From NCBI GenBank assembly GCA_963702425.1, contig CAVPCQ010000021.1, positions 123,118 through 187,117 on the forward strand: a stretch of 64,000 nucleotides of DNA. Direction: 5' to 3'. Made by a program: the position numbers and the translations under genes. The stretch comes from an uncultured Acidobacteriota bacterium. GTDB lineage: Bacteria > Acidobacteriota > Polarisedimenticolia > J045. Shown in pieces: positions 9,617-22,788 of this stretch. Within the stretch, counting starts at the first letter, position 1; the number at the start of each line of letters is the position of its first letter. The notes under the pieces are model-generated. The model was not told the origin of the DNA. It did not search any database and worked only from the letters and a program-made list of their open reading frames with translations.

Positions 9617-10462
9617 ATGCTGACGATGAGAGATGCCGCCCACCAGGCGCTGGAAGAGCTGCTCTCCCAGCCCGTCGGATCCTGGTCCCTCGCCGAGGGG
9701 GCGCTGGCCATCGCGCGCCTCGAGCACGGCGACCTCGACGCCCCGGCCTGCCTGGCGGAGCTCGACCGGCTCGGTACCGCGGCGCGCGAGGGGGTCGGCG
9801 GCGCGCGGCACCCGCGCTTCGTCGCCGCCGGGATCGCCGAGGTCCTGTTCGGGGACGAGGCGTTCCGGCTCGCCGACGAGGGCTCCGAGGCGCTCCCCGC
9901 GAGCTGCCTGCTGGACCAGGTGCTGGCGACCCGGGTCGCCGCGCCGACGCTCCTGGCGCTGGTCTTCGTCGAGGTCGCCCGCCGCGCCGGGTTCCGCTTC
10001 GAAACCGTCTCGCTGCCGGGCCACTTCCTGCTGCGCCACGGCGCGAGCGAGGAGGTCTTCCTGTTCGACCCGAGCCGGCAGGCGCGGCCGGTCGCGCTCG
10101 ACGAGGCGCGGCGGATGGTCGCCGACGGCTCCGGCGGGCGGATCGAATTCCGCGACGGATACCTCCGGCCGCTCACGCCGCCGCAGGTGCTGGCGCGGAT
10201 CCTCGCCAACCTCAAGGCGATCTATTGGCGCGGTCCCGAGTACGAGCGGGCGCTCGACGCGGTCGACCTGATGCTGGCGATCCGGCCCGACGACCCGCGG
10301 GAGATCCGCGATCGCGGGCGCCTGCTGTTCCTGATGGGCCGGATGCGGGACGCAATCGTCGCTTTCGAGGCCTACCTGGCGCACAATCCGCGCGGCGAGG
10401 ACGCCGACGTCGTGCGGATGCTGCTGGTCGAGGCGCGCTCCGGGCTCCGCGCCCAGCGCTGA
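9617..10462 (+). CDS. SirB1/YchA-family transglutaminase-like + TPR protein
   Basis: ALAIARLE, SCLLDQVL, SLPGHFLLR, ILANLKAIY, EIRDRG motifs. Confidence 0.88.
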   Translation: MLTMRDAAHQALEELLSQPVGSWSLAEGALAIARLEHGDLDAPACLAELDRLGTAAREGVGGARHPRFVAAGIAEVLFGDEAFRLADEGSEALPASCLLDQVLATRVAAPTLLALVFVEVARRAGFRFETVSLPGHFLLRHGASEEVFLFDPSRQARPVALDEARRMVADGSGGRIEFRDGYLRPLTPPQVLARILANLKAIYWRGPEYERALDAVDLMLAIRPDDPREIRDRGRLLFLMGRMRDAIVAFEAYLAHNPRGEDADVVRMLLVEARSGLRAQR

Positions 10463-10473
10463 GGACGGCGTCC

Positions 10474-11091
10474 TTGGACATCACCGCTGCCGCGCGCACC
10501 GTCGTCGACATGTCCGCGCTGTCGTCCGACCAGCGCTACTTCTTCCTGATCTCGGCCGTCGTGCCGCGGCCGATCGCGTGGGTCTCGACCCGCGCCCGGA
10601 ACGGCACGACCAACCTGGCGCCGTTCTCGTTCTTCCAGGCCGTCAGCTCGGACCCGCCGGTCGTGATGATCTCGGTCGCGCTCGAGAAGAGCGACGGGAC
10701 GACCAAGGACACGCTGGTCAACGTACGGGAAACCGGCGAGTTCGTGGTCAACCTGGTGTCCGAGGAGCTGGCCGAGACGATGGTCCGGACCTCGGCCGAG
10801 CTGCCGCACGGCGAGAGCGAGATCGCGGCGTTCGGGCTGACGCCGATCCCCGCCGTCTCGGTCGCGGCTCCGGCGGTGGCCGAGGCGAAGGTCGCCCTCG
10901 AGTGCCGGCTCTGGCACGAGCTGCCCGTCGGGACCTCGGTCGCCCTGTTCGGCGAGGTGCTGCGGGCCCAGGTCGCGGCGGGGCTGCTCGACGCGCGCGG
11001 GACGATCGATCCGCTGGCGCTGCGGCCGCTCGGACGGCTGGGTGGCTCGCTCTACCTCCCCTTCTCGGAGCCGCGGCGCATCCGGCGCTGA
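10474..11091 (+). CDS. Flavin reductase family protein
   Basis: VVPRPIAWVST, NLAPFSFF, KDTLVNVRETGEFVVN, LGRLGG; TTG start after GAGGA (alternative ATG at 10510). Confidence 0.9.
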   Translation: MDITAAARTVVDMSALSSDQRYFFLISAVVPRPIAWVSTRARNGTTNLAPFSFFQAVSSDPPVVMISVALEKSDGTTKDTLVNVRETGEFVVNLVSEELAETMVRTSAELPHGESEIAAFGLTPIPAVSVAAPAVAEAKVALECRLWHELPVGTSVALFGEVLRAQVAAGLLDARGTIDPLALRPLGRLGGSLYLPFSEPRRIRR

Positions 11092-11185
11092 CCGGCGGTC
11101 GAATCGCCTGACCCCCATCAAGGATCGCTCCCCCCCGGCCGACAAGTCCCCTGACGGGGCCTGCCCGCCCCCAGGGGAGGAACGC

Positions 11186-13951
<2,766 letters not shown>

Positions 13952-14011
13952 AATCGGCGGGCGCGCAGGTCCCGCGTCGGCGGCCTGCCGCGGACGTCCA
14001 GGTGTGGAGCG

Positions 14012-17000
14012 ATGAGACCAGTCCGCCGGGTACCGCTCGGGCGCCGGATCGGGCTCGCGCTCTGCCTCGTCCTGCTTGCGGCCGCGCAGCGCGGCACGCC
14101 CCTGGCCCAGCCGTTCGAGCGGATCGGCCCCGGCCTGGGCCTCGGCGCCGAGATGATCACGGCGCTCTACCAGGACCGCACCGGTTTCCTCTGGGTCGGC
14201 ACGCGACAGGGGCTCTACCTCTTCGACGGGAACACGTTCCGGCGCTTCGAGCACGACGCCGACGACCCGCACTCGCTGGCCGACAGCGCGATCCGAGCGA
14301 TCTTCGAGGACCGCTCCGGCCGGCTCTGGATCGGCACCAACAGCGGGGGCCTGGATCTCCTCGACCGTGCAAACTGGACGTTCCAGCACCTCAGGCACGA
14401 GTCCGCCGACTCGCACTCGCTGAGCCACGACAGCGTGAACGCGATCGCCGAGGATCCCGACGGCACGCTCTGGGTCGCCACGCAGAAGGGACTCAACCGG
14501 CTCGATCCGCAGACCCGCACCGTCACTCGCATGCTCCCCGACCCGGGCCACCCGCCCGACGCACGGACGCCCGCCAGCGCCTACGTCTACTCGCTCTTCG
14601 TCGACGGCGGCGGAGCGCTGTGGGTGGGGACGGTGGGGGGCGGCCTCTCCGTCCGCGATCCGGAGACGGGGCGGTTCACCCACTACCTTCCCGATCCCTC
14701 CCGGCCGGACGCGCTCTCGAGCGACTCGGTCTTCGCCATCACCGCCGACGCGCAGGGAACGATCTGGCTCGCTGCCGGACGAGAGGTCTGCCACTGGGAT
14801 CCAGCGACACAGGGGTTCCGTTGCTTTCCCCTCACGGTGGCCGGGAAAGGGGCCGGTCCCGGCCACGTGGTGACCTCGCTCGCACACGGAGGCGCGAAGC
14901 GGCTGTGGGTCGGCACGCTCTCGGGTCTCTACGCGTTCGATCCAGGGACCGGAACGTTCCGTCCGGCGACTCCTCCCGACGATCCCGCGCGCCGCGGACG
15001 CCGGAGCCGCGTGATCTCGCTGCTCACCGACCGTTCCGGAACACTCTGGATCGGCACGTGGGAGGACGGCCTGCTGCGGCTCGGCGCTCCCGACGCCCCG
15101 TTCGCGGCGATCGATCACGGACCGGATGGCGCGGCGGGCCTCGGCGATGTCACCGCGCTGTTCGGGAATCGCGACGGGAGGCTGTGGCTCGCCACGTCGG
15201 GCGGCGGTCTGTATCTGAGAGACGCCGGTTCCGCGACCTTCCGGCGCGACGAGCCGCTTCAGAAGATCGCACCGCCCGGCGCGTCGCTCAGCCTGACCCG
15301 CCTGCTCGAGGATCGCGACGGTTTCCTCTGGATCGGGACGACCGGCGCGCTGCTGCGGCTCGACCCGCAGACGGGGGCGGTCCGGGAGCTCGTTCACGCC
15401 ATCGACGACCCGGCCAGCATCGGCGCCGGGTTCGTCACCGCCCTGGCCCAGGACCGGGACGGCGTGCTGTGGGTCGGCACCGGCGAAGGGGGCCTGCAGC
15501 GGCTGGGTGCAGATGGCCGCTCGTTCGAGCGCTTCGTGCACGATCCCGCCGACCAGACGACCATCTCGGACAACTACGTCACCGCGATCCGCGAGGCCCG
15601 CGACGGGCGCCTCTGGGTCGGCACACGCTCGGGGGGATTGAACCTGTTCGATCGTCGCACCGGCCGGTTCCGGCGCTTTCGGTCCGTCCCCGGCGACCCG
15701 ACGTCGCTCAGCCATCACTACGTCACGTCGATCCTGGAGGACCCCTCCGGCGCGCTCTGGATCGGAACCAGCGGCGGAGGGCTCGACCGCCTCGAGTCCG
15801 TGGAACCGGAGGGCGCGGCACGCTTCACCCATGTCACGGCGAAAGAGGGCCTGGCCGACAACAACGTGATGGCGCTGGCAGCCGACGACGACGGCAGCCT
15901 CTGGATCTCCACCCGCGAGGGGCTCTCCCGCTTCGATCCGCGCCGCCGCATCTTCCGGAACTATGACGCTGCAGACGGTCTCCCCTCCTCCGAGTTCGAG
16001 CCTGCCGCGGTCGCTTCCGGAGAGACAGAGATCTACTTCGGCACGATCAAGGGCGCCGTCGCCGTCCGCCGCGGCACGCCGTTCCCTGAGGTGGTCCCCT
16101 CCCCGACCGTGATCGCCTCGATCCGTACGCTCTCCGGGCCTGTCGCCGCCGGAGAACCGGTCTGGGCGCTCGACGAGCTCGAGATCCCGTATGGCGAGGT
16201 CCTGATCTTCGACTTCGCGGTCCTCGATTACAGCGATCCGTCCCGCCATCGCTATGCCTACCGTCTCGGCGGCGACGACGCCCGCTGGGTCGACCTCGGC
16301 GCGACACGCAGCATCACCTTCAGCCGGCTCGACCCCGGCCGCCACGAGCTGCGGGTGCGCGGCCGCGACGCCTCCGGCATCTTCAGCGAAACCGCGCACG
16401 GGCTGGTGATTCGCGTCGTCCCGCCGTTCTGGATGACGACCTGGTTCCGCCTGCTGGCCAGCCTCGCACTGCTGGGGGCGGTTTCCGGCTGGCACCTGGC
16501 GCGCACCCGAAGGCTCGAGCGCCGCAACCGCGAACTGCTCGAGCTGCAGGACCAGCGCGAGCAGGCGCTGCGCGAGTCGCGCGAGAAGGAGGAGCGGCTG
16601 CGCGACGCCTATGACCGCCTGCGCGCACTGACGCGCCGCCTCGAAGCCGCGAAGGAGGACGAGCGCAAGCGGATCGCGCGCGAGCTGCACGACGAGATGG
16701 GCCAGGCTCTGACGGCAGCGAAGATCACGCTCGACCTCGCCGAGCGCGCCGCGGCCGGGGGCGCCCGCGGCGGCGGGATGGAGGGGACCGCCTCGCTGCT
16801 CGACCGGATCATCGACCGGGTGCGCGACCTGTCACTCGACCTGCGCCCGCCGCTGCTCGACGAGCGCGGCCTCATCCCCGCGCTGCGCGGCTACCTCGAG
16901 GCGCAGTCCCGCCGCGCGGGGGTGGCGATCGAGGTCGACGCGCCGCCCGACATCGGTCGCTTTCCGCCGGAGCTCGAAATCGCGGGCTTCCGTGTGATCC

Positions 17001-17275
17001 AGGAGTCCGTGACGAACGCGCTGCGCCACGCCGCAGCGGCGCGGATCGCGGTTCGGGTGGCGCGGACCGAAGACGGGATCGAGGTCGCCGTCCGCGACGA
17101 CGGCCGCGGGTTCGACCTCGACGCCGCGATGGTCCGCGCCGCAGAGGGGCGGCACCTCGGACTGCTCGGGATCCGCGAGCGGGTCGAGATGCTCGGCGGC
17201 CGGGCCGAGATCCGCTCCTCCCCGGGGCGGGGAACCGAGATCCGCGCTACGCTTCCCCTGGAGCCGCCGGCTTGA
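14012..17275 (+). CDS. Sensor histidine kinase with periplasmic beta-propeller (Reg_prop/Y_Y_Y) and HisKA_3 domains
   Basis: Repeated D..G.LWIGT..GGL motifs, TM PPFWMTTWF, ARELHDEMGQ, QESVTNALRH, DDGRGF. Confidence 0.92.
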   Translation: MRPVRRVPLGRRIGLALCLVLLAAAQRGTPLAQPFERIGPGLGLGAEMITALYQDRTGFLWVGTRQGLYLFDGNTFRRFEHDADDPHSLADSAIRAIFEDRSGRLWIGTNSGGLDLLDRANWTFQHLRHESADSHSLSHDSVNAIAEDPDGTLWVATQKGLNRLDPQTRTVTRMLPDPGHPPDARTPASAYVYSLFVDGGGALWVGTVGGGLSVRDPETGRFTHYLPDPSRPDALSSDSVFAITADAQGTIWLAAGREVCHWDPATQGFRCFPLTVAGKGAGPGHVVTSLAHGGAKRLWVGTLSGLYAFDPGTGTFRPATPPDDPARRGRRSRVISLLTDRSGTLWIGTWEDGLLRLGAPDAPFAAIDHGPDGAAGLGDVTALFGNRDGRLWLATSGGGLYLRDAGSATFRRDEPLQKIAPPGASLSLTRLLEDRDGFLWIGTTGALLRLDPQTGAVRELVHAIDDPASIGAGFVTALAQDRDGVLWVGTGEGGLQRLGADGRSFERFVHDPADQTTISDNYVTAIREARDGRLWVGTRSGGLNLFDRRTGRFRRFRSVPGDPTSLSHHYVTSILEDPSGALWIGTSGGGLDRLESVEPEGAARFTHVTAKEGLADNNVMALAADDDGSLWISTREGLSRFDPRRRIFRNYDAADGLPSSEFEPAAVASGETEIYFGTIKGAVAVRRGTPFPEVVPSPTVIASIRTLSGPVAAGEPVWALDELEIPYGEVLIFDFAVLDYSDPSRHRYAYRLGGDDARWVDLGATRSITFSRLDPGRHELRVRGRDASGIFSETAHGLVIRVVPPFWMTTWFRLLASLALLGAVSGWHLARTRRLERRNRELLELQDQREQALRESREKEERLRDAYDRLRALTRRLEAAKEDERKRIARELHDEMGQALTAAKITLDLAERAAAGGARGGGMEGTASLLDRIIDRVRDLSLDLRPPLLDERGLIPALRGYLEAQSRRAGVAIEVDAPPDIGRFPPELEIAGFRVIQESVTNALRHAAAARIAVRVARTEDGIEVAVRDDGRGFDLDAAMVRAAEGRHLGLLGIRERVEMLGGRAEIRSSPGRGTEIRATLPLEPPA

Positions 17276-17922
17276 GGCCCATGCGCATCCTGCTCGCTGA
17301 TGATCACGCCCTCGTGCGCGGCGGGATCCGGTCCCTGCTCGGGTCGATCGAGGGGGTCACGGTCGTCGCGGAGACGGGCGACGGCCTCGAGGCGCTCGAG
17401 CTGATCCGTTCGCTCGCGCCCGATCTCGCGCTGCTCGACATCACGATGCCCGGCCTGAACGGCCTCGAGATCGCCGAGCGCGCCACGAAGGAGGCACCGT
17501 CGACGAAGATCGTCGTGCTCTCGATGCACGCCAACGAGAGCTACGTGGCCGATGCGCTGCGGGTCGGTGTCGCGGGCTACCTGCGCAAGAGCGCCGCGGT
17601 CGCGGAGCTGCCAGCGGCGCTCGAGGCCGTCGCGCGCGGCGAGATCTACCTCAGTCCCGGGATCTCGCAGCAGATCGTCGACGTGCTCCGCGGTGGAGGA
17701 GCGCCCTCGAACCCGCTCGCCGCGCTTTCGCCCCGCCAGCGCGAAATCCTCCAGCTGATCGCCGAGGGCCTCTCCAGCAAGGAGATCGGCTTCCGGCTGA
17801 AGATCAGTTCCAAGACCGTCGACACCCACCGCGCGCAGATCATGGAGCGGCTGGGGATCCACAACGTCCAGGGACTGGTGCGCGCCGCGATGCGGGCCGG
17901 GCTGATCCCCTCCGACGAGTAG
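17272..17922 (+). CDS. NarL/LuxR-family response regulator
   Basis: LADDH, LLDITMP, LSPRQREILQLIAEG, KTVDTHR; overlaps the kinase stop. Confidence 0.93.
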   Translation: MRPMRILLADDHALVRGGIRSLLGSIEGVTVVAETGDGLEALELIRSLAPDLALLDITMPGLNGLEIAERATKEAPSTKIVVLSMHANESYVADALRVGVAGYLRKSAAVAELPAALEAVARGEIYLSPGISQQIVDVLRGGGAPSNPLAALSPRQREILQLIAEGLSSKEIGFRLKISSKTVDTHRAQIMERLGIHNVQGLVRAAMRAGLIPSDE

Positions 17923-18106
17923 GCCGCTCGCGGTCCGCGCCCTTCGGGTGCCGGCGGCGGCCCGGACCCGTCCGTGGAAGACCGCACCCGCCCGCCCCAC
18001 CCTCCGCCTAGGCAAACTGCTGACCCCCCGCTCAGCAATCGACCGATACCGCGCCGCGCGCATCCGGCGAATCATCGTGGGGCTCGATGAACGGCGGAGG
18101 TGACGG

Positions 18107-18649
18107 GTGGATGGTCCTGCGGCACGCGTGCGGTTGCTCCTCGTGGACGACAGCGAGGAGTTCCTGCGGGCCGAGACCGCGTGGCTCGGTTCCCTGCCCG
18201 GGTTCGAGATCGCCGGAATCGCGCGCTCGGGCGAGGAGGCGCTGGAGGCGGTGCGCCGCCTTCGTCCCGACATCGTGCTGATGGACCTGGCGATGCCCGG
18301 ATTGGGGGGGTTCGAGGCGATCCGGGCGCTGAAGGAGAGCCCGGCCGCGCCGCCCGTCGTCGCTGTCTCGCTGCACGACAGCCAGGTCATTCGCAGCGAG
18401 GCCTCGATGGCGGGGGCCGACGCGTTCGTCCCGAAGGCCCTCCTGTCGACCCAGCTGCTGGCGGCCCTGCACGCGGTGCGGGCCGGGGATCGCGATGGCG
18501 ACGGAGTTGGAAGAAGGCCCTGGGAGGCGGATCGGGAGCGGAAGCGACAGCCACAGGTGCAACAGGATGTCTCGTCACCGGCGCCGGAATCGGAGCCGGG
18601 GAGCGAACTGGTTCGTTCACTGCAGGAGGAGAGAGACCCATGTCCATGA
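18107..18649 (+). CDS. Stand-alone receiver-domain response regulator
   Basis: LLVDDS, VLMDLAMP, AGADAFVPK; no recognisable output domain. Confidence 0.8.
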   Translation: MDGPAARVRLLLVDDSEEFLRAETAWLGSLPGFEIAGIARSGEEALEAVRRLRPDIVLMDLAMPGLGGFEAIRALKESPAAPPVVAVSLHDSQVIRSEASMAGADAFVPKALLSTQLLAALHAVRAGDRDGDGVGRRPWEADRERKRQPQVQQDVSSPAPESEPGSELVRSLQEERDPCP

Positions 18650-19710
18650 GCAGGAAGTCCGTGATTCTCGTGTTGGTCGCGCTGCTGGTCGGTGCGGCCG
18701 GTTCTGCCTTCGCCGGCGGTGTCAAGTTCGTCCCGCTCGGCGTGCCCAACTCCTTCGCCACCGACGTTTCCGGCGACGGTCGGACGGCGGTCGGCTACAT
18801 CTTCGACGGAGAGAACTTCTCCTGGACCAAGTCCGGCGGCTACGTCGGGCTCGGCGGCGGCTGCCCGGTCTCGTCCACCCGGATCTCCGGCGACGGCCTG
18901 ACGATCGTCGGCTGTGCGGTCGACGAGAACGGCTACTGGAACGCCGCGCGCTGGCTCGGTGGGCAGGCCTGGCAGACGCTCGGCACCGTCCCCGGCGGCG
19001 TCAACTGCGACCTGAACGTCAGCAGCGCCTGGGGAATCAACGGCGACGGTTCGACGACGGTCGGCCTGATCTGGCTGCCCAGGCTTTGCCGGGCCAACGC
19101 CGGGAAGTGGGCCACCTTCTCAGGCGAGGTCACGGATCTGGGCACGATGATCACGGACAGCGCGTCGCGAGCCAACGGGATCTCCGCCGACGGCCGCGTC
19201 ATCGTCGGCTGGCAGGACCTCGAGACCGGCCAGCGGGTCGGCGCGAAGTGGGTCGACGGCGTCCCCGAGTTCATCTACGACGGCGCCATGAACTACGTCG
19301 GCGAGGCCCAGAGCGCGAACGACGACGGCACCGTGATCGTCGGCTCCGGCTACAAGAACGGCTTCGGCTGGCGCTGGAAGCAGGACGTCGGCTTCACCGC
19401 GATCGGCCCCTACATCATCGACCGGTCCGGCGGGATCCTCGGCGAGAGTTACGCCAACGACGTCAACGCCGACGGTTCCGTCGTCGTCGGCAACACCAGC
19501 GGCTCCGGCCGCGCCTTCTTCTGGAGCGAGGCCGGTGGCTTCCAGTACGTCGACCAGTACCTCAAGAAGGTGGGCGTCAAGGTCCCCAGTGGCTGGACTC
19601 TCACTGGGCTCAACGCGGTGAGCGCCGACGGCCGCGTGATGGTCGGCACCGGTCTGCACAATGGGACCTTCGAGGGCTTCGTGCTCGAGTTCGACACCGC
19701 CCCCCGCTAG
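18640..19710 (+). CDS. Secreted HAF-repeat (beta-propeller) protein
   Basis: Signal peptide SAFA|G; repeated A..(V/I)(S/N).DG..(I/V)VG motifs. Confidence 0.82.
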   Translation: MSMSRKSVILVLVALLVGAAGSAFAGGVKFVPLGVPNSFATDVSGDGRTAVGYIFDGENFSWTKSGGYVGLGGGCPVSSTRISGDGLTIVGCAVDENGYWNAARWLGGQAWQTLGTVPGGVNCDLNVSSAWGINGDGSTTVGLIWLPRLCRANAGKWATFSGEVTDLGTMITDSASRANGISADGRVIVGWQDLETGQRVGAKWVDGVPEFIYDGAMNYVGEAQSANDDGTVIVGSGYKNGFGWRWKQDVGFTAIGPYIIDRSGGILGESYANDVNADGSVVVGNTSGSGRAFFWSEAGGFQYVDQYLKKVGVKVPSGWTLTGLNAVSADGRVMVGTGLHNGTFEGFVLEFDTAPR

Positions 19711-19733
19711 TGTCGGGGCCGGGGCTCTCCGGG

Positions 19734-19771
19734 CGGAGGGAGCGGGGCGCAGGCCCCGCTCCCTCCGTTTT
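19734..19771 (+). terminator. Intrinsic terminator
   Basis: Perfect 15-bp stem CGGAGGGAGCGGGGC / GCCCCGCTCCCTCCG with a 4-nt loop, followed by TTTT. Confidence 0.85.
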
Positions 19772-19926
19772 GCTTTCGGAACACGACCTGCCGCCTGCTT
19801 CTCCTCTGGGGCGCACGTCTGCCGCGCTCCCGGGGGGCGGGCGGCGCCCTGCAGCCGGGGGGGAGGCGCTGTGAGAAAATGTCGAGGCAGCCCACTCCGG
19901 AGGCGGCCCGCCGTGGAGGTTCTTCG

Positions 19927-22626
19927 ATGAATCCCGTTCCTGGTTCGCGCTCTCTCGCCCTCGTACCGCTCTGCCTGGTGTTCGTGGCGCTAGCAAGCCT
20001 GCTCCCGCTCGCCGCCATCCCCGCGACCGCGGCGACCCAATCGGCCGCGCCGGCCGCCGCGCCGGAGCCGCAGACCACCCCCGACGGCTTCCCGGCCACG
20101 AAGCAGACGACGGCCGGCCTGCTCACCGTCTACCAGCCGCAGCTCGACAGCTGGGACGGTTACCGGCTCAAGACCCACGCCGCCTGCTCGGTCCTCCCGC
20201 CGGGGAGCAAGGTCGCCATCTTCGGCGTGGTCTTCCTGCAGGCCAACACGCAGGTCGACAAGCCGACGCGCAGCGTGCTGCTCTACGACACGCAGATCGT
20301 GAAGGTCTCGTTCCCGTCGGCTCCGGACAAGGCGGCGCAGTTCCAGGCCGCCTTCGCCGAGCTGATCACGCCCGAGGGGAAGGAGATCGCGCTCGATCGG
20401 CTGGAGGCCGACCTGGCGATCTCGAAGGCCGAGATCGCCCAGTTGACGCAGCCCGTCCGCAACGACCCGCCGCAGATCATCTTCTCGCAGACGTCCGCGG
20501 TGCTGGTCCACGTCGACGGCGACCCGGTCTGGATCCCGGTCGAAGGGACGCCGTTCGAGCGGGTCCTGAACACCCACTCGCTGCTGCTGCGCCAGAAGGG
20601 GAACAGCGACATCTTCCTGCACCTGCTGGGCGGCTGGATGGCGTCGCCGAGCCTCGCCGGGCCTTGGGTCGTGGCCACCTTCCAGCCGCCCGGCGCCGAC
20701 GCGCTGGCGCAGAAGCTGGCCCAGGAGGGGATCGCCGACCTGATGGACGCGAAGCCCGATCCGAGCGATCCGCAGGCCAAGACGCCGTCGCTGACGACCA
20801 GCTCGCCGACGATCATCGTCGCGACGAAGCCGACCGAGGTCGTAGTGACCGAGGGAGCGCCCGACTGGGAGTCGCTCGAGGGGACGAACCTGCTCTACGT
20901 GAAGAACACGACGGCGAACATCTTCATGGACATCCAGAACCAGAAGATGTACGTCCTGATCTCCGGGCGCTGGTTCGTGGCCGGGTCGTCGGCCGGGCCG
21001 TGGGCCTTCGTCCCGCCGAACACTCTACCTTCCGACTTCGCGCACATTCCGGACACCAGCCCCAAGGAGAACGTGAAGGCCAGCGTGCCGGGCACGGCCC
21101 AGGCGCGCGAGGCGGTCATCTCGGCCCAGGTCCCGCAGACTGCCGTCGTCTACGTCGACAAGGCCACCTTCGACCCGAAGATCGACGGCGAGCCGGTCAT
21201 GAAACCGATCGACGGCACGGCCATGTCGTACGTCGCCAACAGCACCGATCCGCTGATCGAAGTCGGGCCGATGCAGTGGTACGCCGTGAAGGCCGGTGTC
21301 TGGTACACCGCCAGCGCGGCCACCGGGCCGTGGCACGTGGCCCTCTCGGTCCCGCCGGCGATCTACACGATCCCGACCAGCTCGCCGCTCCACTACGTCA
21401 CCTACGTCCAGATCTACGACGCCACGCCGACCTACGTCGTCGTCGGCTACACCTCGGGCTACATGGGGACGGTGATCACGCCGTCCGGGACCGTCGTCTA
21501 CGGGACCGGCTACTCCTATCCGCCATACATCGGTGGCTCGGTCTGGGTCCCGCCGCCGCCGACCTACGGCTACGCGGTCGGGATGGCCTACACGCCGTGG
21601 ACCGGCTGGGGCTACGGGTATGGCGTCGGCTGGGGCTGGGGTGCGGCCGCCGTCGGCTTCGGCGTCGGCTGGGCGATGGCGACCGCTCCCTGCTGGGGCC
21701 CGATGCCGTACTACTACCACCCCTACTACGGCTACGGCGGCGCGGCCGTCGGCATGTACGGCGCGGCCGCGTGGGGTGCGCACGGCTGGGCCGCGACCAG
21801 CGGCAACATCTACCACCAGTACGGGGCGACCTCGGCGGTCACGCGCAGCTCGGCGGGATACAACGCCTGGACCGGCAACGCCTGGTCCTCGCAGGTCGGC
21901 CACTCGTACAACTCGGTGACGGGGCGGGTCTCGGCGGGCCAGAAGGCCTCAGTCGGGAACGCCTACACCGGCAACTACGCCAACGTCGCGCGCGGCGCGA
22001 CCTACAACCCGTCGACCGGCGTTGCGGCCGCGGGGAGCAAGGGGACGGTCGGCAACGCCGATACCGGCAACTCGGCCAACTACGCGCGCGGCGCGGTGTC
22101 GGGGCCCGGCGGGAACACGACGAGCTTCGGCGCGGTCCAGGGCTCGAAGGGCTCCGTCGGACACGTCGGGAACAACTACTACGCCAGCGCCGACGGGAAC
22201 GTCTACAAGTACAACGGTTCGTCGCAGTCGTTCCAGCAGTACAACAAGAGCGGCGGCTGGGACGACGCGTCAGCCGAGCGCTCGCAGTCGCTCTCGCAGC
22301 AGTCGGCCGCGCACGCGGCGGGTGAGACGCGGGCGTTCGGGAGCGGGAGCACGAGCTTCTCGGGCGGGGACGGCATGGACCGCTCGGGCGGCGGCGGCTG
22401 GGGCGGCGGCGGCTTCGGCGGCGGCGGTGGCGAGGACCGCGGTGGCGGCGGCTTCGGCGGCGGCTTCGGGGGCGGCGGCGGCTTCGGGGGTGGCGGTGGC
22501 GGATTCGGCGGCGGCTTCCACGGTGCCGGCGGCTGGGGCGGCGGCGGCGGCGGCGGCTTCGGCGGCGGCTTCGGCCGCGGCGGCTTCGGCGGTGGCTTCC
22601 GTGGCGGCGGCGGCTTCCGGCGCTAG
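19927..22626 (+). CDS. Large secreted protein of unknown function with a Tyr/Gly/Trp-rich region and a Gly-rich low-complexity C-terminal tail
   Basis: ATG after GGAGG; signal peptide; repeated G.W......GPW motifs; terminal (GGFGGG)n/RGG tract. Confidence 0.8.
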   Translation: MNPVPGSRSLALVPLCLVFVALASLLPLAAIPATAATQSAAPAAAPEPQTTPDGFPATKQTTAGLLTVYQPQLDSWDGYRLKTHAACSVLPPGSKVAIFGVVFLQANTQVDKPTRSVLLYDTQIVKVSFPSAPDKAAQFQAAFAELITPEGKEIALDRLEADLAISKAEIAQLTQPVRNDPPQIIFSQTSAVLVHVDGDPVWIPVEGTPFERVLNTHSLLLRQKGNSDIFLHLLGGWMASPSLAGPWVVATFQPPGADALAQKLAQEGIADLMDAKPDPSDPQAKTPSLTTSSPTIIVATKPTEVVVTEGAPDWESLEGTNLLYVKNTTANIFMDIQNQKMYVLISGRWFVAGSSAGPWAFVPPNTLPSDFAHIPDTSPKENVKASVPGTAQAREAVISAQVPQTAVVYVDKATFDPKIDGEPVMKPIDGTAMSYVANSTDPLIEVGPMQWYAVKAGVWYTASAATGPWHVALSVPPAIYTIPTSSPLHYVTYVQIYDATPTYVVVGYTSGYMGTVITPSGTVVYGTGYSYPPYIGGSVWVPPPPTYGYAVGMAYTPWTGWGYGYGVGWGWGAAAVGFGVGWAMATAPCWGPMPYYYHPYYGYGGAAVGMYGAAAWGAHGWAATSGNIYHQYGATSAVTRSSAGYNAWTGNAWSSQVGHSYNSVTGRVSAGQKASVGNAYTGNYANVARGATYNPSTGVAAAGSKGTVGNADTGNSANYARGAVSGPGGNTTSFGAVQGSKGSVGHVGNNYYASADGNVYKYNGSSQSFQQYNKSGGWDDASAERSQSLSQQSAAHAAGETRAFGSGSTSFSGGDGMDRSGGGGWGGGGFGGGGGEDRGGGGFGGGFGGGGGFGGGGGGFGGGFHGAGGWGGGGGGGFGGGFGRGGFGGGFRGGGGFRR

Positions 22627-22788
22627 CCTGGGCCCGAGCCGCACTGGATTGCGTGATCGGCCGAAGCCGATCGAGCGATCGGTGGCGCGCGCCGCTTGCA
22701 GCGGAGACACTTGCCCGGTAGCGTTACTGAGCAGTAAGCTGGAGTGCATCGAAACAGATCGTGATCTTTCAAACGAAGGAGGAGCGGC

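Noticed and set aside
22683-22700. Second sigma54 promoter (TGGCGCG...TTGCA) upstream of the small OMP
   Set aside because: GG-to-GC spacing is 12 rather than the required 10.
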